A DNA stretch of 63,589 bases, filler included, from Octopus bimaculoides (taxonomy: Eukaryota): assembly GCF_001194135.2 (NCBI RefSeq). It is 6 parts of 6 records of this genome, joined end to end, with 100 filler letters (N's around TTAATTAATTAA, not from the genome) between each part and the next. Parts side by side here need not be neighbours in the genome. Positions count along the whole stretch, not along the records: positions 12,108 to 26,871 come from NC_069005.1; positions 26,972 to 58,505 come from NC_069008.1; 4 more parts are not named here. The stretch is one strand, 5' to 3'. The notes beneath the pieces are model-generated. The model ran no database searches. It was not told the origin of the DNA and worked only from the letters and a program-made list of their open reading frames with translations. The translations under genes were made by a program, and so were the position numbers. Each line of letters starts with the position of its first letter. Position 1 is the first letter of the stretch. Shown one piece after another: positions 25,801 through 37,995 of the stretch.

Positions 25801-26367
25801 GTTCACAGGTTATTTCGCTCAGTTTGTGTTGAATTTCTTTCAACAGGGAATATTTATCTATCATGAAAACATAATCCTTTCTGTTAGTGATTACACGTAA
25901 TTCTTCATTTGAAGCATATTTTCCCACACCTATGGCCAATATCACTATTCCATCTTTCCTCATCTTTCTCGCTTCCTCGTCTGTCTTCTCCGGTATCGTC
26001 GATCTCCCATCCGTGATCACAATAGCTATTTTCTTAACTTCAGGTCGGACGTCTCTGAACAGTGTTTCGCGAGCATATTTGATGGCTAAATACGTTTGTG
26101 TACTTGAACCGTCTTTGTATCTGAAATCAATCTGGGATAAGCCACTTTTCAGTCGATCTTTACTGGTGTATTGAGTCAAACCGAAAGTGTTATCCATAAT
26201 AATCTTATCGCCAAACGTTACGGCACCAACTCGCACATCATTCTTTCCGATTGTAAAATGATCTACAAAGCTTTCCAGAAATTCTATTTGTTTCTTGAAA
26301 TCTTTCGGGTAAATACTGGCGGAACCATCAATTATGAAGACAATCTCAGCTCTCATGTTCTTACAAA
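25801..26367 (-). CDS. vWA gene B, exon encoding complete canonical vWA domain 1 (matrilin/collagen VI-like; MIDAS intact)
   Basis: Acceptor tttttcag|TT TGT at 26367 (alternative in-frame acceptor at 26376), donor GAA C|gtatgt at 25801; 567 nt, phase 1-1. Translation CKNMRAEIVFIIDGSAS...STQT...IAIVITDGRS...ILAIGVG...EITCE has DxSxS, T and D of the MIDAS and the terminal Cys pair. Confidence 0.93.
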
Positions 26368-26429
26368 CTGAAAAACCTAAATAAAAAGAAGAAAAAAGAT
26401 TAATTTTCAATATTGGCAGCTATTTTTAG

Positions 26430-27100
26430 CGGAAGGAGTAGGTCGCTTACATGAACGCCAGTGCTTAACTGGTTTTATTTTATTGACCCCCCCCCCAAGA
26501 AGGATGAGAGGTGAGGTGTGTGAAATTTGAATTCAGAATATAAAGATGGACGAAAGGCCGTAGAGTCTGCATTGCATGTCGTCCATCACGGTAACGATTC
26601 TCTCAGCTGGCCGCGTTAACGATACCACTACTAATAATGCTCTTTTCTACTAAAGGCACAAGGTCTGAAAGAAGACTGGTCGATTACATCGACCCCAGTG
26701 TTTCACTGGTACTTGATTTATCGACCCAGACGGAATGAACGGCAAAGTCTACCTTGGCGGAACTTGAGCTCTGAAAAATATGTAATCATTACCAATATAG
26801 CAAGAGATTTCACCGCAAAAGGTCTAAATTAGACTCCTTAGGGATCGTTCTCCTTGGTTATATACGTATATNNNNNNNNNNNNNNNNNNNNNNNNNNNNN
26901 NNNNNNNNNNNNNNNTTAATTAATTAANNNNNNNNNNNNNNNNNNNNNNNNNNNNNNNNNNNNNNNNNNNNAAAGCATGTGATATTTTGCCTTTCCTCAT
27001 TTCAGGGTCAATGAAATAAGTACCAGTTATGCACTGGGGTCGATGTAATCAACTAGTCCCCTCCCCCAAAATCTTGAGCCTTGTGCCAATTGTAGAAAAG

Positions 27101-27141
<41 letters not shown>

Positions 27142-28140
27142 AGTGGCAAGTTAGAAGATTCGTTAGCATTCTGGGCAAAATGCTTAGCAACATTTCGTCT
27201 GCCTTTACGTTCTGAGTTCAAATTCTGCCGAGGTCAACTTTGCCTTTCATCCTTTCGGGGTCGATAAATTAAGTACCAGTGAAACACCGAGGTCAATGTA
27301 ATCGACTAATCCCCTCCCCACCACCACCAAATTTCAAGCCTTGTGCTTTTAGTAGAAAGTATCATTATTATTATTATTCCGTCGAGGTCGACTTTACCTT
27401 TCATTCTTTCGGGGTCGAAAAAATAAGTACCAGTTGAATATTGGTGTCGATGTAAGTGAGTCCCCCGAAATTACTGGCCTTGTGTCAAAATTTGAAACCA
27501 ATATTGTTGTTGTTGCTAATTTTGACACAATGCCAGCAATAATGGGCAGAAGGTCAGTAGGTTACATCGGCCCCAGTATTTGACTGGTACTTTATTTTAT
27601 CGACCCCAAAACGATGAAAGGTAAAGCTGACATCGGCGGGATTTGAACTCAGAACGTAAAGGACAGTAAGAAATACTGCAAGGCACTTTATCCGACACAA
27701 CAACAATTATTATTGGCCCTGTGCCAATGTTAGAGTTTTATTAGGATTCCGATAAATAAAAGTCACAAGGTAACGGGTTTCGACAGGCGGGGTGGGGACG
27801 CAGTCGATTAAGACACCACCACCACCATCTCGCCTCAGTTATTAACTAGGACTTAATTTATCGACCCCCAGAAGAATGGAAAAACAAAGTCGTCTCCTTC
27901 AGAAGATTTGAACACGGAACGTAAAACGAGCGTACTGAAATCCATTAATTAATAAAATAACTAATTAATAATGATTTTTGATTTTTTTTTTTTTTTACAC
28001 TGACACAGCACCACGGATTATCGAGGCACAGTCGATTAAATCGACTCCCTCTACTTCCACCAGTACTTTATCAATTCGACCCCGGAAGGCTGAGAAGAGT
28101 ACAGTCGACTCTAATAATATTTTGAACTCAAGATAAAAAC
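26430..28140. mobile_element. Dense cluster of about 8 family-1 SINE copies in both orientations
   Basis: Repeated core motif on both strands, separated by (ATT)n. Confidence 0.8.
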
Positions 28141-28257
28141 CTACTTTATTATTATTATTACTATTAGTATTATTATATATAAATACATGGCTTGCGTGTA
28201 AAACAGAATACACGGGTCATAAGTAAACAAACAGCCGAATAAGAAACAAGGACTGAC

Positions 28258-28291
<34 letters not shown>

Positions 28292-28975
28292 NNNNNNNNN
28301 NNNNNNNNNNNNNNNNNNNNNNNNNNNNNNNNNNNNNNNNNNNNNNNNNNNNNNNNNNNNNNNNNNNNNNNNNNNNNNNNNNNNNNNNNNNNNNNNNNNN
28401 NNNNNNNNNNNNNNNNNNNNNNNNNNNNNNNNNNNNNNNNNNNNNNNNNNNNNNNNNNNNNNNNNNNNNNNNNNNNNNNNNNNNNNNNNNNNNNNNNNNN
28501 NNNNNNNNNNNNNNNNNNNNNNNNNNNNNNNNNNNNNNNNNNNNNNNNNNNNNNNNNNNNNNNNNNNNNNNNNNATCTAACAAACACGGACCATATTTTC
28601 AATATAAAATTTTAATAGCATCTATCTAATTAAATATACATTTAAAGCAGCGTACGAGCGTAGAAGACACACAACAAAAACATAAACAGACGTAGACATG
28701 TGTAAATCAAAATACTGTATTAGGAAAATGGTGTGAAGAGATGTTGTTACCTCGTAGCCTGCCATTTTTCAAAGCTCGACTTGGGTGGCGTACCGCAAAG
28801 GCCGCCATATTACTAACGGTGCTCAATGACAATATGACGCCAGCAATTATTTCATCCGCGTTATCTCATTGCTTAATCCGTGTCAAAGACATGCAGGTAA
28901 ACAGTTGAAGCTAACTCGCAAACAAGCTAGATTAGAGTTGGATGACGAGAAAGATAAAGAGAGATAGATTGTTAG

Positions 28976-29013
<38 letters not shown>

Positions 29014-29093
29014 GTCATCTATCTATCTATCTATGTCATCTATCTATCTATCTATCAATCTATCTATCTATCTATCTATCAATCTATCTATCA

Positions 29094-29132
<39 letters not shown>

Positions 29133-29144
29133 AATCTATCTATG

Positions 29145-29190
<46 letters not shown>

Positions 29191-29880
29191 AATCTATCNN
29201 NNNNNNNNNNNNNNNNNNNNNNNNNNNNNNNNNNNNNNNNNNNNNNNNNNNNNNNNNNNNNNNNNNNNNNNNNNNNNNNNNNNNNNNNNNNNNNNNNNNN
29301 NNNNNNNNNNNNNNNNNNNNNNNNNNNNNNNNNNNNNNNNNNNNNNNNNNNNNNNNNNNNNNNNNNNNNNNNNNNNNNNNNNNNNNNNNNNNNNNNNNNN
29401 NNNNNNNNNNNNNNNNNNNNNNNNNNNNNNNNNNNNNNNNNNNNNNNNNNNNNNNNNNNNNNNNNNNNNNNNNNNNNNNNNNNNNNNNNNNNNNNNNNNN
29501 NNNNNNNNNNNNNNNNNNNNNNNNNNNNNNNNNNNNNNNNNNNNNNNNNNNNNNNNNNNNNNNNNNNNNNNNNNNNNNNNNNNNNNNNNNNNNNNNNNNN
29601 NNNNNNNNNNNNNNNNNNNNNNNNNNNNNNNNNNNNNNNNNNNNNNNNNNNNNNNNNNNNNNNNNNNNNNNNNNNNNNNNNNNNNNNNNNNNNNNNNNNN
29701 NNNNNNNNNNNNNNNNNNNNNNNNNNNNTGTATGTCTGTAATGCTAGTTAATTAGATGGTCCTTACAACTATCTGATGAATAGTCATGTAAAACTAAGTC
29801 ACAGTTTGTGAAGATATATTTTTCAACTTTGATAAAATAGTACATGTGTATGTATGTATGTATGTATGTATGTATCATTA

Positions 29881-30266
29881 GGAGGCGCAATGGCCCAGTG
29901 GTTAAGGCAGCGGACTCGCGGTCATAGGATCGCGGTTTCGATTCCCAGACCGTGCGTTGTGAGTGTTTATTGAGCGAAAACACCTAAAAGCTCCACGAGA
30001 CTCCGCCCGGGAATATGGTGGTGAACCCTGCTGCACTCTTCCACCACAAACTTTCTCTCACTCTTACTTCCTGTTTCTGCTGTGCCTGTAATTCAAAGGG
30101 GCCAGTCTTGTCACACTCTGTGTCACGCTGAATATCCCCGAGAACTACGTTAAGGGTACACGTGTCTGTGGAGTGCTCAGCCACTTGCACATTAATTTCA
30201 CGAGCAGGCTGTTCCGTTGATTGGATCAACTGGAACCCTCGACGTCGTAAGCGACGGAGTGCCAAC
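29881..30266 (+). mobile_element. SINE family 3 (tRNA-derived head), full copy
   Basis: A box TGGCCCAGTGG, B box GGTTTCGATTCCC; copies at 41548-42050 (+) and 58178-58505 (-), partial at 62750-63020 (-). Confidence 0.85.
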
Positions 30267-30625
30267 GCACACACACACATGTATGTACTTTCTCTCCTGT
30301 TTTTATTTGTACTCAGAATATCAGGCTTTAAAAAGTAAGTACCAGGGTCACCTAAACATTTTTCAAAGCGGTGCTCCAGCATGGCCACAGTCTAAAGACT
30401 GAAACAAGTGAAAGGTAAAAGAGAAAAGAGGATCAAAAGAAAATAAAGGACTAAATCGTTTTTAACAAATACAAATTAAGACATTTCTAAAGCTGGTTCA
30501 TACAACAATCTGGTGAATAGTCTGTGAGTAATCCAGGTGGGGAATATAAATGCCATGGAAACTGATTGGCTAGCCCTTATGAGCCAGGAGGTAACTTTAC
30601 CTTTATGTATACAGTATGATGTTTA

Positions 30626-30800
30626 GAGCAATGGTTCTCAACCATTTCTTACCTGTGGATCCCTTTTATCGCTATTTTATTCTGGTGGACCCCCATGGCC
30701 CCGTAGCCATTCAATGTCTAAGAACCAGTTTTATTAAGACTGCTTCCCAAATTCTTAAATTGCTTTTCATACATTAACATGCATAAGTTGAAGCAAGTAA
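30626..30800 (+). mobile_element. hAT/Charlie-like terminal remnant
   Basis: CAATGGTTCTCAACC start resembles Charlie-type TIRs. Confidence 0.35.
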
Positions 30801-30851
30801 AACATTAGAGAAACAAACACAGCTGTTCATTATTTACATTATTTACATTAT

Positions 30852-30985
30852 TTACATTTGATGGATATTTGTCCTCATCTTGTTTGTTTTGAAAACAACA
30901 TTTCAGCTGATATAACCTCCAGCCTTCATCAGGTGTCTTGGGGAAATTTCAAACCTGGATTCTCATTCCTAAGGTACCTTTCAAT
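30852..30985 (-). mobile_element. Second, 3'-part copy of the hammerhead-bearing SINE family (motif 30892-30937)
   Basis: Near-identical to 36861-36995; no tRNA head visible before the adjacent microsatellite and gap. Confidence 0.7.
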
Positions 30986-32044
30986 GTAGCTGTTATAATA
31001 ATAATAATAATTATTATTATTATTATTATCATTATTATTATTATTATTATTCATTTNNNNNNNNNNNNNNNNNNNNNNNNNNNNNNNNNNNNNNNNNNNN
31101 NNNNNNNNNNNNNNNNNNNNNNNNNNNNNNNNNNNNNNNNNNNNNNNNNNNNNNNNNNNNNNNNNNNNNNNNNNNNNNNNNNNNNNNNNNNNNNNNNNNN
31201 NNNNNNNNNNNNNNNNNNNNNNNNNNNNNNNNNNNNNNNNNNNNNNNNNNNNNNNNNNNNNNNNNNNNNNNNNNNNNNNNNNNNNNNNNNNNNNNNNNNN
31301 NNNNNNNNNNNNNNNNNNNNNNNTATTATTATTTGCTATCTTGTGAACAATATTTCGACATCTCGCGTGTCTTCCACTGGTTCAAAAAATAAATTTGTCA
31401 ATCTACTTCATTTTGGTTAATATAGAAAGGATTGAGGTAACTCCTCCTGAAGATATAGAGTCAAAATTAAAAGAAAACACCACTGCTTATCAACTGATGT
31501 TACTGGGTTTACGTCTCTGTAACTTAGTGGTTCAGCAAAAGAGACCAACAGAATAAGTACCAGCCTTAAAAAATAAAACAGTACTGGGGTCGATTCATTT
31601 GACTAAAATTCTTCAAGGTGGTGCCCCAGCATGGCCGCAGTCTAATAAAGGAAACAAATGAATGTGTGTGTGTGTGTGTGGTGAGTAGGAGTGTGGGAGT
31701 TGTGGGTTTGTCTGTGAGCTTTTGTGTTCGTGTTTGTTCCCTCAGAAACAGCTTGTTTACGTCCTAGTAACTTAGCAGTTCGGCAAAAGTCCATCGAAAT
31801 TACAAGCATGAGATTTTTAAAAATAAAAACTAGTACTTGGTTCGATTTGTTCGACTAACCTCTTCAAGGCCGTACTGCAGCATGGCCGTTGTCCAAGGAC
31901 TGAAAAAAAAAAGTGAAAGAAAAAGTAAGCAAAAAAACAAACAAACAAAAAATAAACCTATTAAAAAGAATTTTAACAGTTTTGGGCTTCCGTAAATTCA
32001 CAGCACCCGGTTTCAAGAACGACAACTCTTCTACATAATCGAGA

Positions 32045-32129
32045 ATGGCCGCTCCGAAAACCGTGAAAAGGAAGAGAGAAGCTGAAGAAGAAGATGAATT
32101 TACGAAGAGATTTCTGAAGGCCGACGAAG
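32045..32129 (+). CDS. HMGXB4: HMG-box protein (HMGXB4-like), exon 1
   Basis: gagaATGGCC start, [28 protein letters not shown], donor GAA G|gtaaag (phase 1) fits the next exon. Confidence 0.72.
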
Positions 32130-32529
32130 GTAAAGCTTACGATTGGGAAAGATTAATAGTTTTCTGTCCCTCCATTGACTCATAAGTTTGAAAGGACCGG
32201 CGAGGAAGTGAGATTTTAACACTGAGTTTTGTATCCTGCTCTGATCGTTGAACAAAGACAGCGATAGTACGTCCGTCATTATCTCCTCGTTAATAATTAT
32301 GCTGTGTATATACACATATATATATATATGTGTATATATATATATATATATACACATATATATACACACGCGTTTACATATATGTGTTAAATTATATATA
32401 CATATATGTATGTGTGTGTATGTATATATATATATATATATTATAATATAAGGGATAAAATTCAAAATTACAGGTAAAAACTCAATTAAAATTAATGAGT
32501 TCATGAACCTTGGTTCTTTTTCCTAAAAC

Positions 32530-32572
<43 letters not shown>

Positions 32573-32689
32573 TCACATATATATATATATATTTGCAAAT
32601 TATATTTTCATTTGGTATGTACATACAAATATATATGTATTATACATTTTTTTTACATTTACATATTCGTGTATTTATATATATATATA

Positions 32690-32895
32690 TATATATATAT
32701 GCATTTTTATGTATACGTGTATATATATATGCATTTTTATGTATACGTGTATATATATATGCATTTTTATGTATACGTGTATATATATATGCATTTTTAT
32801 GTATACGAGCATATGTATATATATTACATGTATACGTGTATATATATATGCATTTTTATGTATACGTGCATATGTATATATATTACATGTATATA
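32690..32895. repeat. 30-bp TA-rich minisatellite
   Basis: ATATATGCATTTTTATGTATACGTGTATAT repeated. Confidence 0.85.
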
Positions 32896-33039
32896 ATGGA
32901 TATGTGTGTGTGTGTATATGTGTATAGGCCTACTTTTATGAATATTGGCACATCCATGAGAGCGTCGGAAGAAATACTTTGCGGTACGGTATTTCTTCCG
33001 ACCCATTACATTCTAAGTCCAAATCACACCGAACTCAAC

Positions 33040-33933
33040 TTTGCCTTTCGTTCTTTAAGGATCACAAAAGTACCAGTTAAATACTGAGGTCGATTATTAT
33101 TATTGTTGTTGTTGTTCAAAGAGATCGGCTTTGCCTGTTTTCGTTCTGGGATCAGCGCTACAGTTGATTTAATAAAATGTTACCCCTCCCGCCAAATTTT
33201 TAAAAATTGTCAAGCGTTTTGCAGCATTTGTTTATTCGCCATCTGCGTTCTGAGTTCGATATCTGACGAGGTCAGTTTCGCATTTTCTCCTTTGTGTGGT
33301 GGGGAATCGATAAAATAATGTACCGCACTGGAAACTGTGGGCTTTTTTGTGCCTTAATGAGAATCATTTACAGGCGACGGGCTGACAGAAACATTACAGT
33401 CCTGGGGGAAAATGTTTTGCGGTATTTCTTCCGACTTTTCACGTTCTGTGTTCAAATCCCGCTGAGTTCATCTGTTTTTCATTTCATTGGAGGCAGTAAA
33501 ATAAAATACCAGTCATGTATGAGGTGGACAATGTCGGCTACTCCTCATCCCCTCAAAATTGCCGGCCTTGTGCCGAAATTAGAAACTACTACTACTACTA
33601 CTACTACTACTATTATTATTATTAAGGTGGTTAGCTGGAAGAACGCCGGGCGAAATACTTAGTGGTGTTTCGTCTGTCTTTACGTTCTGAGTTCAAATTC
33701 CGCCGAGGTCGACTTTGCCTTTCATCCTTTCGGGGTCGATTAAATAAGTACCAGTTACGCACTGGGGTCGATATAATCGACTTAATCTGTTTGTCTGTCC
33801 TTGTTTGTCCCCTCTGTGTATAACCCCTTGTGGGCAGTAAAGAAATAGGTATTTCGTCTGCCACTACGTTCTGGGTTCAAGTTCCGTCGAGGTTAAATTT
33901 GCCTTTTATCCTTTCGGGGTCGATTAAATAAGT
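33040..33933 (+). mobile_element. Head-to-tail cluster of family-1 SINEs
   Basis: About five consecutive copies of differing divergence. Confidence 0.8.
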
Positions 33934-35901
33934 NNNNNNNNNNNNNNNNNNNNNNNNNNNNNNNNNNNNNNNNNNNNNNNNNNNNNNNNNNNNNNNNNNN
34001 NNNNNNNNNNNNNNNNNNNNNNNNNNNNNNNNNNNNNNNNNNNNNNNNNNNNNNNNNNNNNNNNNNNNNNNNNNNNNNNNNNNNNNNNNNNNNNNNNNNN
34101 NNNNNNNNNNNNNNNNNNNNNNNNNNNNNNNNNNNNNNNNNNNNNNNNNNNNNNNNNNNNNNNNNNNNNNNNNNNNNNNNNNNNNNNNNNNNNNNNNNNN
34201 NNNNNNNNNNNNNNNNNNNNNNNNNNNNNNNNNNNNNNNNNNNNNNNNNNNNNNNNNNNNNNNNNNNNNNNNNNNNNNNNNNNNNNNNNNNNNNNNNNNN
34301 NNNNNNNNNNNNNNNNNNNNNNNNNNNNNNNNNNNNNNNNNNNNNNNNNNNNNNNNNNNNNNNNNNNNNNNNNNNNNNNNNNNNNNNNNNNNNNNNNNNN
34401 NNNNNNNNNNNNNNNNNNNNNNNNNNNNNNNNNNNNNNNNNNNNNNNNNNNNNNNNNNNNNNNNNNNNNNNNNNNNNNNNNNNNNNNNNNNNNNNNNNNN
34501 NNNNNNNNNNNNNNNNNNNNNNNNNNNNNNNNNNNNNNNNNNNNNNNNNNNNNNNNNNNNNNNNNNNNNNNNNNNNNNNNNNNNNNNNNNNNNNNNNNNN
34601 NNNNNNNNNNNNNNNNNNNNNNNNNNNNNNNNNNNNNNNNNNNNNNNNNNNNNNNNNNNNNNNNNNNNNNNNNNNNNNNNNNNNNNNNNNNNNNNNNNNN
34701 NNNNNNNNNNNNNNNNNNNNNNNNNNNNNNNNNNNNNNNNNNNNNNNNNNNNNNNNNNNNNNNNNNNNNNNNNNNNNNNNNNNNNNNNNNNNNNNNNNNN
34801 NNNNNNNNNNNNNNNNNNNNNNNNNNNNNNNNNNNNNNNNNNNNNNNNNNNNNNNNNNNNNNNAAATTTTCTTCCATTTCTCGTCAAGTGTTTTCCATAC
34901 ACCTAGGGCAGAGAAACTCATTGTATGCATACCCAGTTTACACATGCAAATTCACAGGTAAAATATGTATGTAAAAAAAAAATTAATTAATAAATAAATA
35001 AATTCATAAATGGATGTTGTTTTCACAGCGATAATGCTCTTCTCAGTACATGAGTCGTTCCAGTTAACACGATTTTTTGCACTTCCTGTAGGGATGGTCA
35101 GCCTGGTATCATTTTCAAATAGGTTTCAGTACCTTTTTTTAATCATTCCTAGAGATCCTACAATCACTGAAAAAAGACCTGTCAAAAGGTAAATTAGCTT
35201 CTTGAAGGCCAATGGCCATCCTGTTGGGGAAAGCAATGACAAACCACCTCGATAGCTCTGCTAAGAAAACCCTATGAGAAATCCAGAATGAAGAACTCCT
35301 GCTTAACCAGGGAAACTTTTGCTGTAGTGTCATCAAAATGCTGCTAAGCATCCAGCATGATGATGTTTGAGGAGGGTGTCTGGACACCCAACAGGACTTA
35401 AAACATGACCTGTCAAAGAGCGAATGAGTTCCTTGTAGGTCAGTGGCCCAAAAATTGGGGAAGCCTACGGCAAACCACCTCCAATCTCTCTGCCAATGAA
35501 ACACTATGAGAATGTCAGAACGAAGTAATGCTCGGACTTCACCTGATGGGAGAACTCTTGCTTAATCGAGAGAACTTTTGCTGTGGTGTCACCAAAATAG
35601 GATCCCCTTGAGGGCCAATGGCCATCCATTTACGAAGGGTCATGACAAACCACCCCCCAGTGTCTCTGCCAAGAAAACACGAAGAGAAAATCCGAACGCA
35701 GTAATGATCTGACAGAACTGCTGATTAATTGAGACGGCTTTCGTTTTAGCATCATCGAAATGCTGCAAAACATACAATACATGATGACAATGACGACCAG
35801 TCAAGTACTGGGGTTGATGGCATTGACTAAACCCAACCCTTACCCTAACCCTAACCCTTACCCTAAAAATTGTTGTCCTTCTGCTTAGATTACAAACAAT
35901 T

Positions 35902-36367
35902 GGCGCAGGAGTGGCTGTGTGGTAAGTAGCTTGCTTACCAGCCGCATGGTTCCGGGTTCAGTCCTACTGCATGGCACCTTGGGCAAGTGTCTTCTACTAT
36001 AGCCTCGGGCCGATCAAAGCTCTGTGAGTGGATTTTGGTAGACGGAAACTGAAAGAAGCCCGTCATATATATGTATATATATAATTATGTGTATTTCTTC
36101 TATCTTAATGAATAAAAATTCTTCGGATAGAATAAATGGGTTAATAGAAACCAATGTAGCAAAGAACACAAAATAACTGTGGTTAGNNNNNNNNNNTGAC
36201 AACCGATGCTGGTGTGTTTACGTCCCTGTAACTTAGCGGTTCGGCAAAAGTGACCGATAGAATAAGTACTAGGCTTACAAACAATAAGTCCTGGGGTCAA
36301 TATGCTCGACTAAAGGTGGTGCTGCAGCATGGCCGCAGTCAAATGACTGAAACAAGTAAAAGAGTAA
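35902..36367 (+). mobile_element. SINE family 2, full copy
   Basis: Colinear with 57327-57748. Confidence 0.83.
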
Positions 36368-36462
36368 TTGTTGCTGTTATCATCATCATCATCATCATTT
36401 CTGTATCTTCTATTTCTCAGACCCCTCCACAGTTTTTTTCTTTTTTTTTTTACCTCTTTCAG

Positions 36463-36557
36463 TGGCTCGTATGGCAAAAATTAAGAAGAAGATGTTAAAA
36501 TTTGAGGACATTGATGATGAAGCATCTAGGGAATCAGAACTGACCAAATCTGGAAGG
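36463..36557 (+). CDS. HMGXB4: HMGXB4-like exon 2
   Basis: Long polypyrimidine tract ctttcag|TG GCT, donor AGG|gtaagc; gives ...ELTKSGR joined to VRKKS of exon 3 (SGRVRKKS motif I recall from invertebrate HMGXB4 proteins). Confidence 0.8.
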
Positions 36558-36860
36558 GTAAGCACAACAGCACCAGATCTACTTGCACTTCCTGGTGGTA
36601 CATATGTATGTGACCTTTTGTTTTGTTTTGGTTTTTTTTTTAACTATATATATACAACTTTTTTTTTTTTGTTGGGGGCAACTCCGCTGAGGTCGACTTT
36701 GCCTTTCATCCTTTTGGCGGGGTCAATAAAATAAGTACCAGTTGCATACTGGGGTCGATGTAATCAACTGGGCCCCTTCCCCCTGAATTTCAGGCCTTGT
36801 GCCTACAGTAGAAAGAATTATTATTATTATTATTGTTGTTGTTGTTGTTGTTGTTATCAT

Positions 36861-37084
36861 TTACATTTGACGGATATTTGTCCTCATCTTGTTTGTTGTT
36901 AACACAATGTTTCGGCTGATATACCCTCCAGCCTTCATCAGGTGTCTTAGGGGGGAAATTTTGAACGTGGGTTCTCATTCCTAAGGTATTTTTCAATGTT
37001 ATTATTATTCAGGTCACTGCCTGGAATCGAACTCGGAATCTTGGGGTTAGTAGACCGCGCTCTTAACCACTACACCACATGCCC
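36861..37084 (-). mobile_element. tRNA-headed SINE carrying a minimal hammerhead motif (motif 36901-36946)
   Basis: A box TGGTGTAGTGG and B box GAGTTCGATTCC at 37011-37084; downstream GACAC-CUGAUGA-A-GGCUG..CAGCC-GAAAC-AUU-GUGUU. Confidence 0.75.
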
Positions 37085-37099
37085 ATAAAGAACTGTATG

Positions 37100-37963
37100 A
37101 TTATTATTATTATTAAGGTGGCAAGCTGACAAAATCCTTTTGGGGTTGGTGTAATAACTAGCAGCTGAGCATTAGGGTTGATGTAATTGACTGGATCCCT
37201 CCTTCAAAATTTNNNNNNNNNNNNNNNNNNNNNNNNNNNNNNNNNNNNNNNNNNNNNNNNNNNNNNNNNNNNNNNNNNNNNNNNNNNNNNNNNNNNNNNN
37301 NNNNNNNNNNNNNNNNNNNNNNNNNNNNNNNNNNNNNNNNNNNNNNNNNNNNNNNNNNNNNNNNNNNNNNNNNNNNNNNNNNNNNNNNNNNNNNNNNNNN
37401 NNNTTGTGATATAGTAGATAGAACCCTTATCATTCGGGCAGCAAGCTGTACATCAGACAAAATGCTTAGCGGCATTTCTTTCTACTAATCATGTTTGCAG
37501 TTCAAATGCTGCCAATGTCGGCTTTACCTTCCAGGGGTTGGTGAAATTAGTACCAGTCAGATAGTGGGGTTGATGCAGTCAACTAGCCCCCTAGTTCTGA
37601 GTTCAAATTCTGTCGAGGTTGACTTTGCCTTTCATCCTTTCAGGGGTCGATAAATTGAGTACCAGTTGTGTACTGGGGTTAATGCAATTGACTAGTTGCC
37701 TCCCCTAAATTTCAGGCCTTGTGCCTATAGTAGAAAGGATTATTTTGGTTATTATCGAAACAGCAAGCTGGGGGAATTGTTAGCACGCCGGACAAAATAC
37801 ATAACAGTATTTCTTCTGCCTTTATGTTCTGAGTTCAAATACTACCAAGGTGGACTTTGCCTTTCATTTTTTCATGATCCATTAAGTAAGCATCAATTCA
37901 GTACTATGGCAAAGTACATGACTAGCTCCCTCTCCCAAGATTTCAGGCTTTGTGCCTATGTAC

Positions 37964-37965
<2 letters not shown>
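37100..37965. mobile_element. Cluster of family-1 SINEs
   Basis: Three or more plus-strand cores and a (TAA)n tail. Confidence 0.75.

Positions 37966-37995
<30 letters not shown>

Noticed and set aside
29881-29955. tRNA-like sequences (also 37011-37084, 41548-41620, 42115-42175)
   Set aside because: SINE heads continuing into family bodies, with incomplete cloverleafs; not called as tRNA genes.
35828-35866. Degenerate (CCCTAA)n telomere-like tract
   Set aside because: Only about six imperfect units at a SINE end; insufficient for an interstitial telomere claim.
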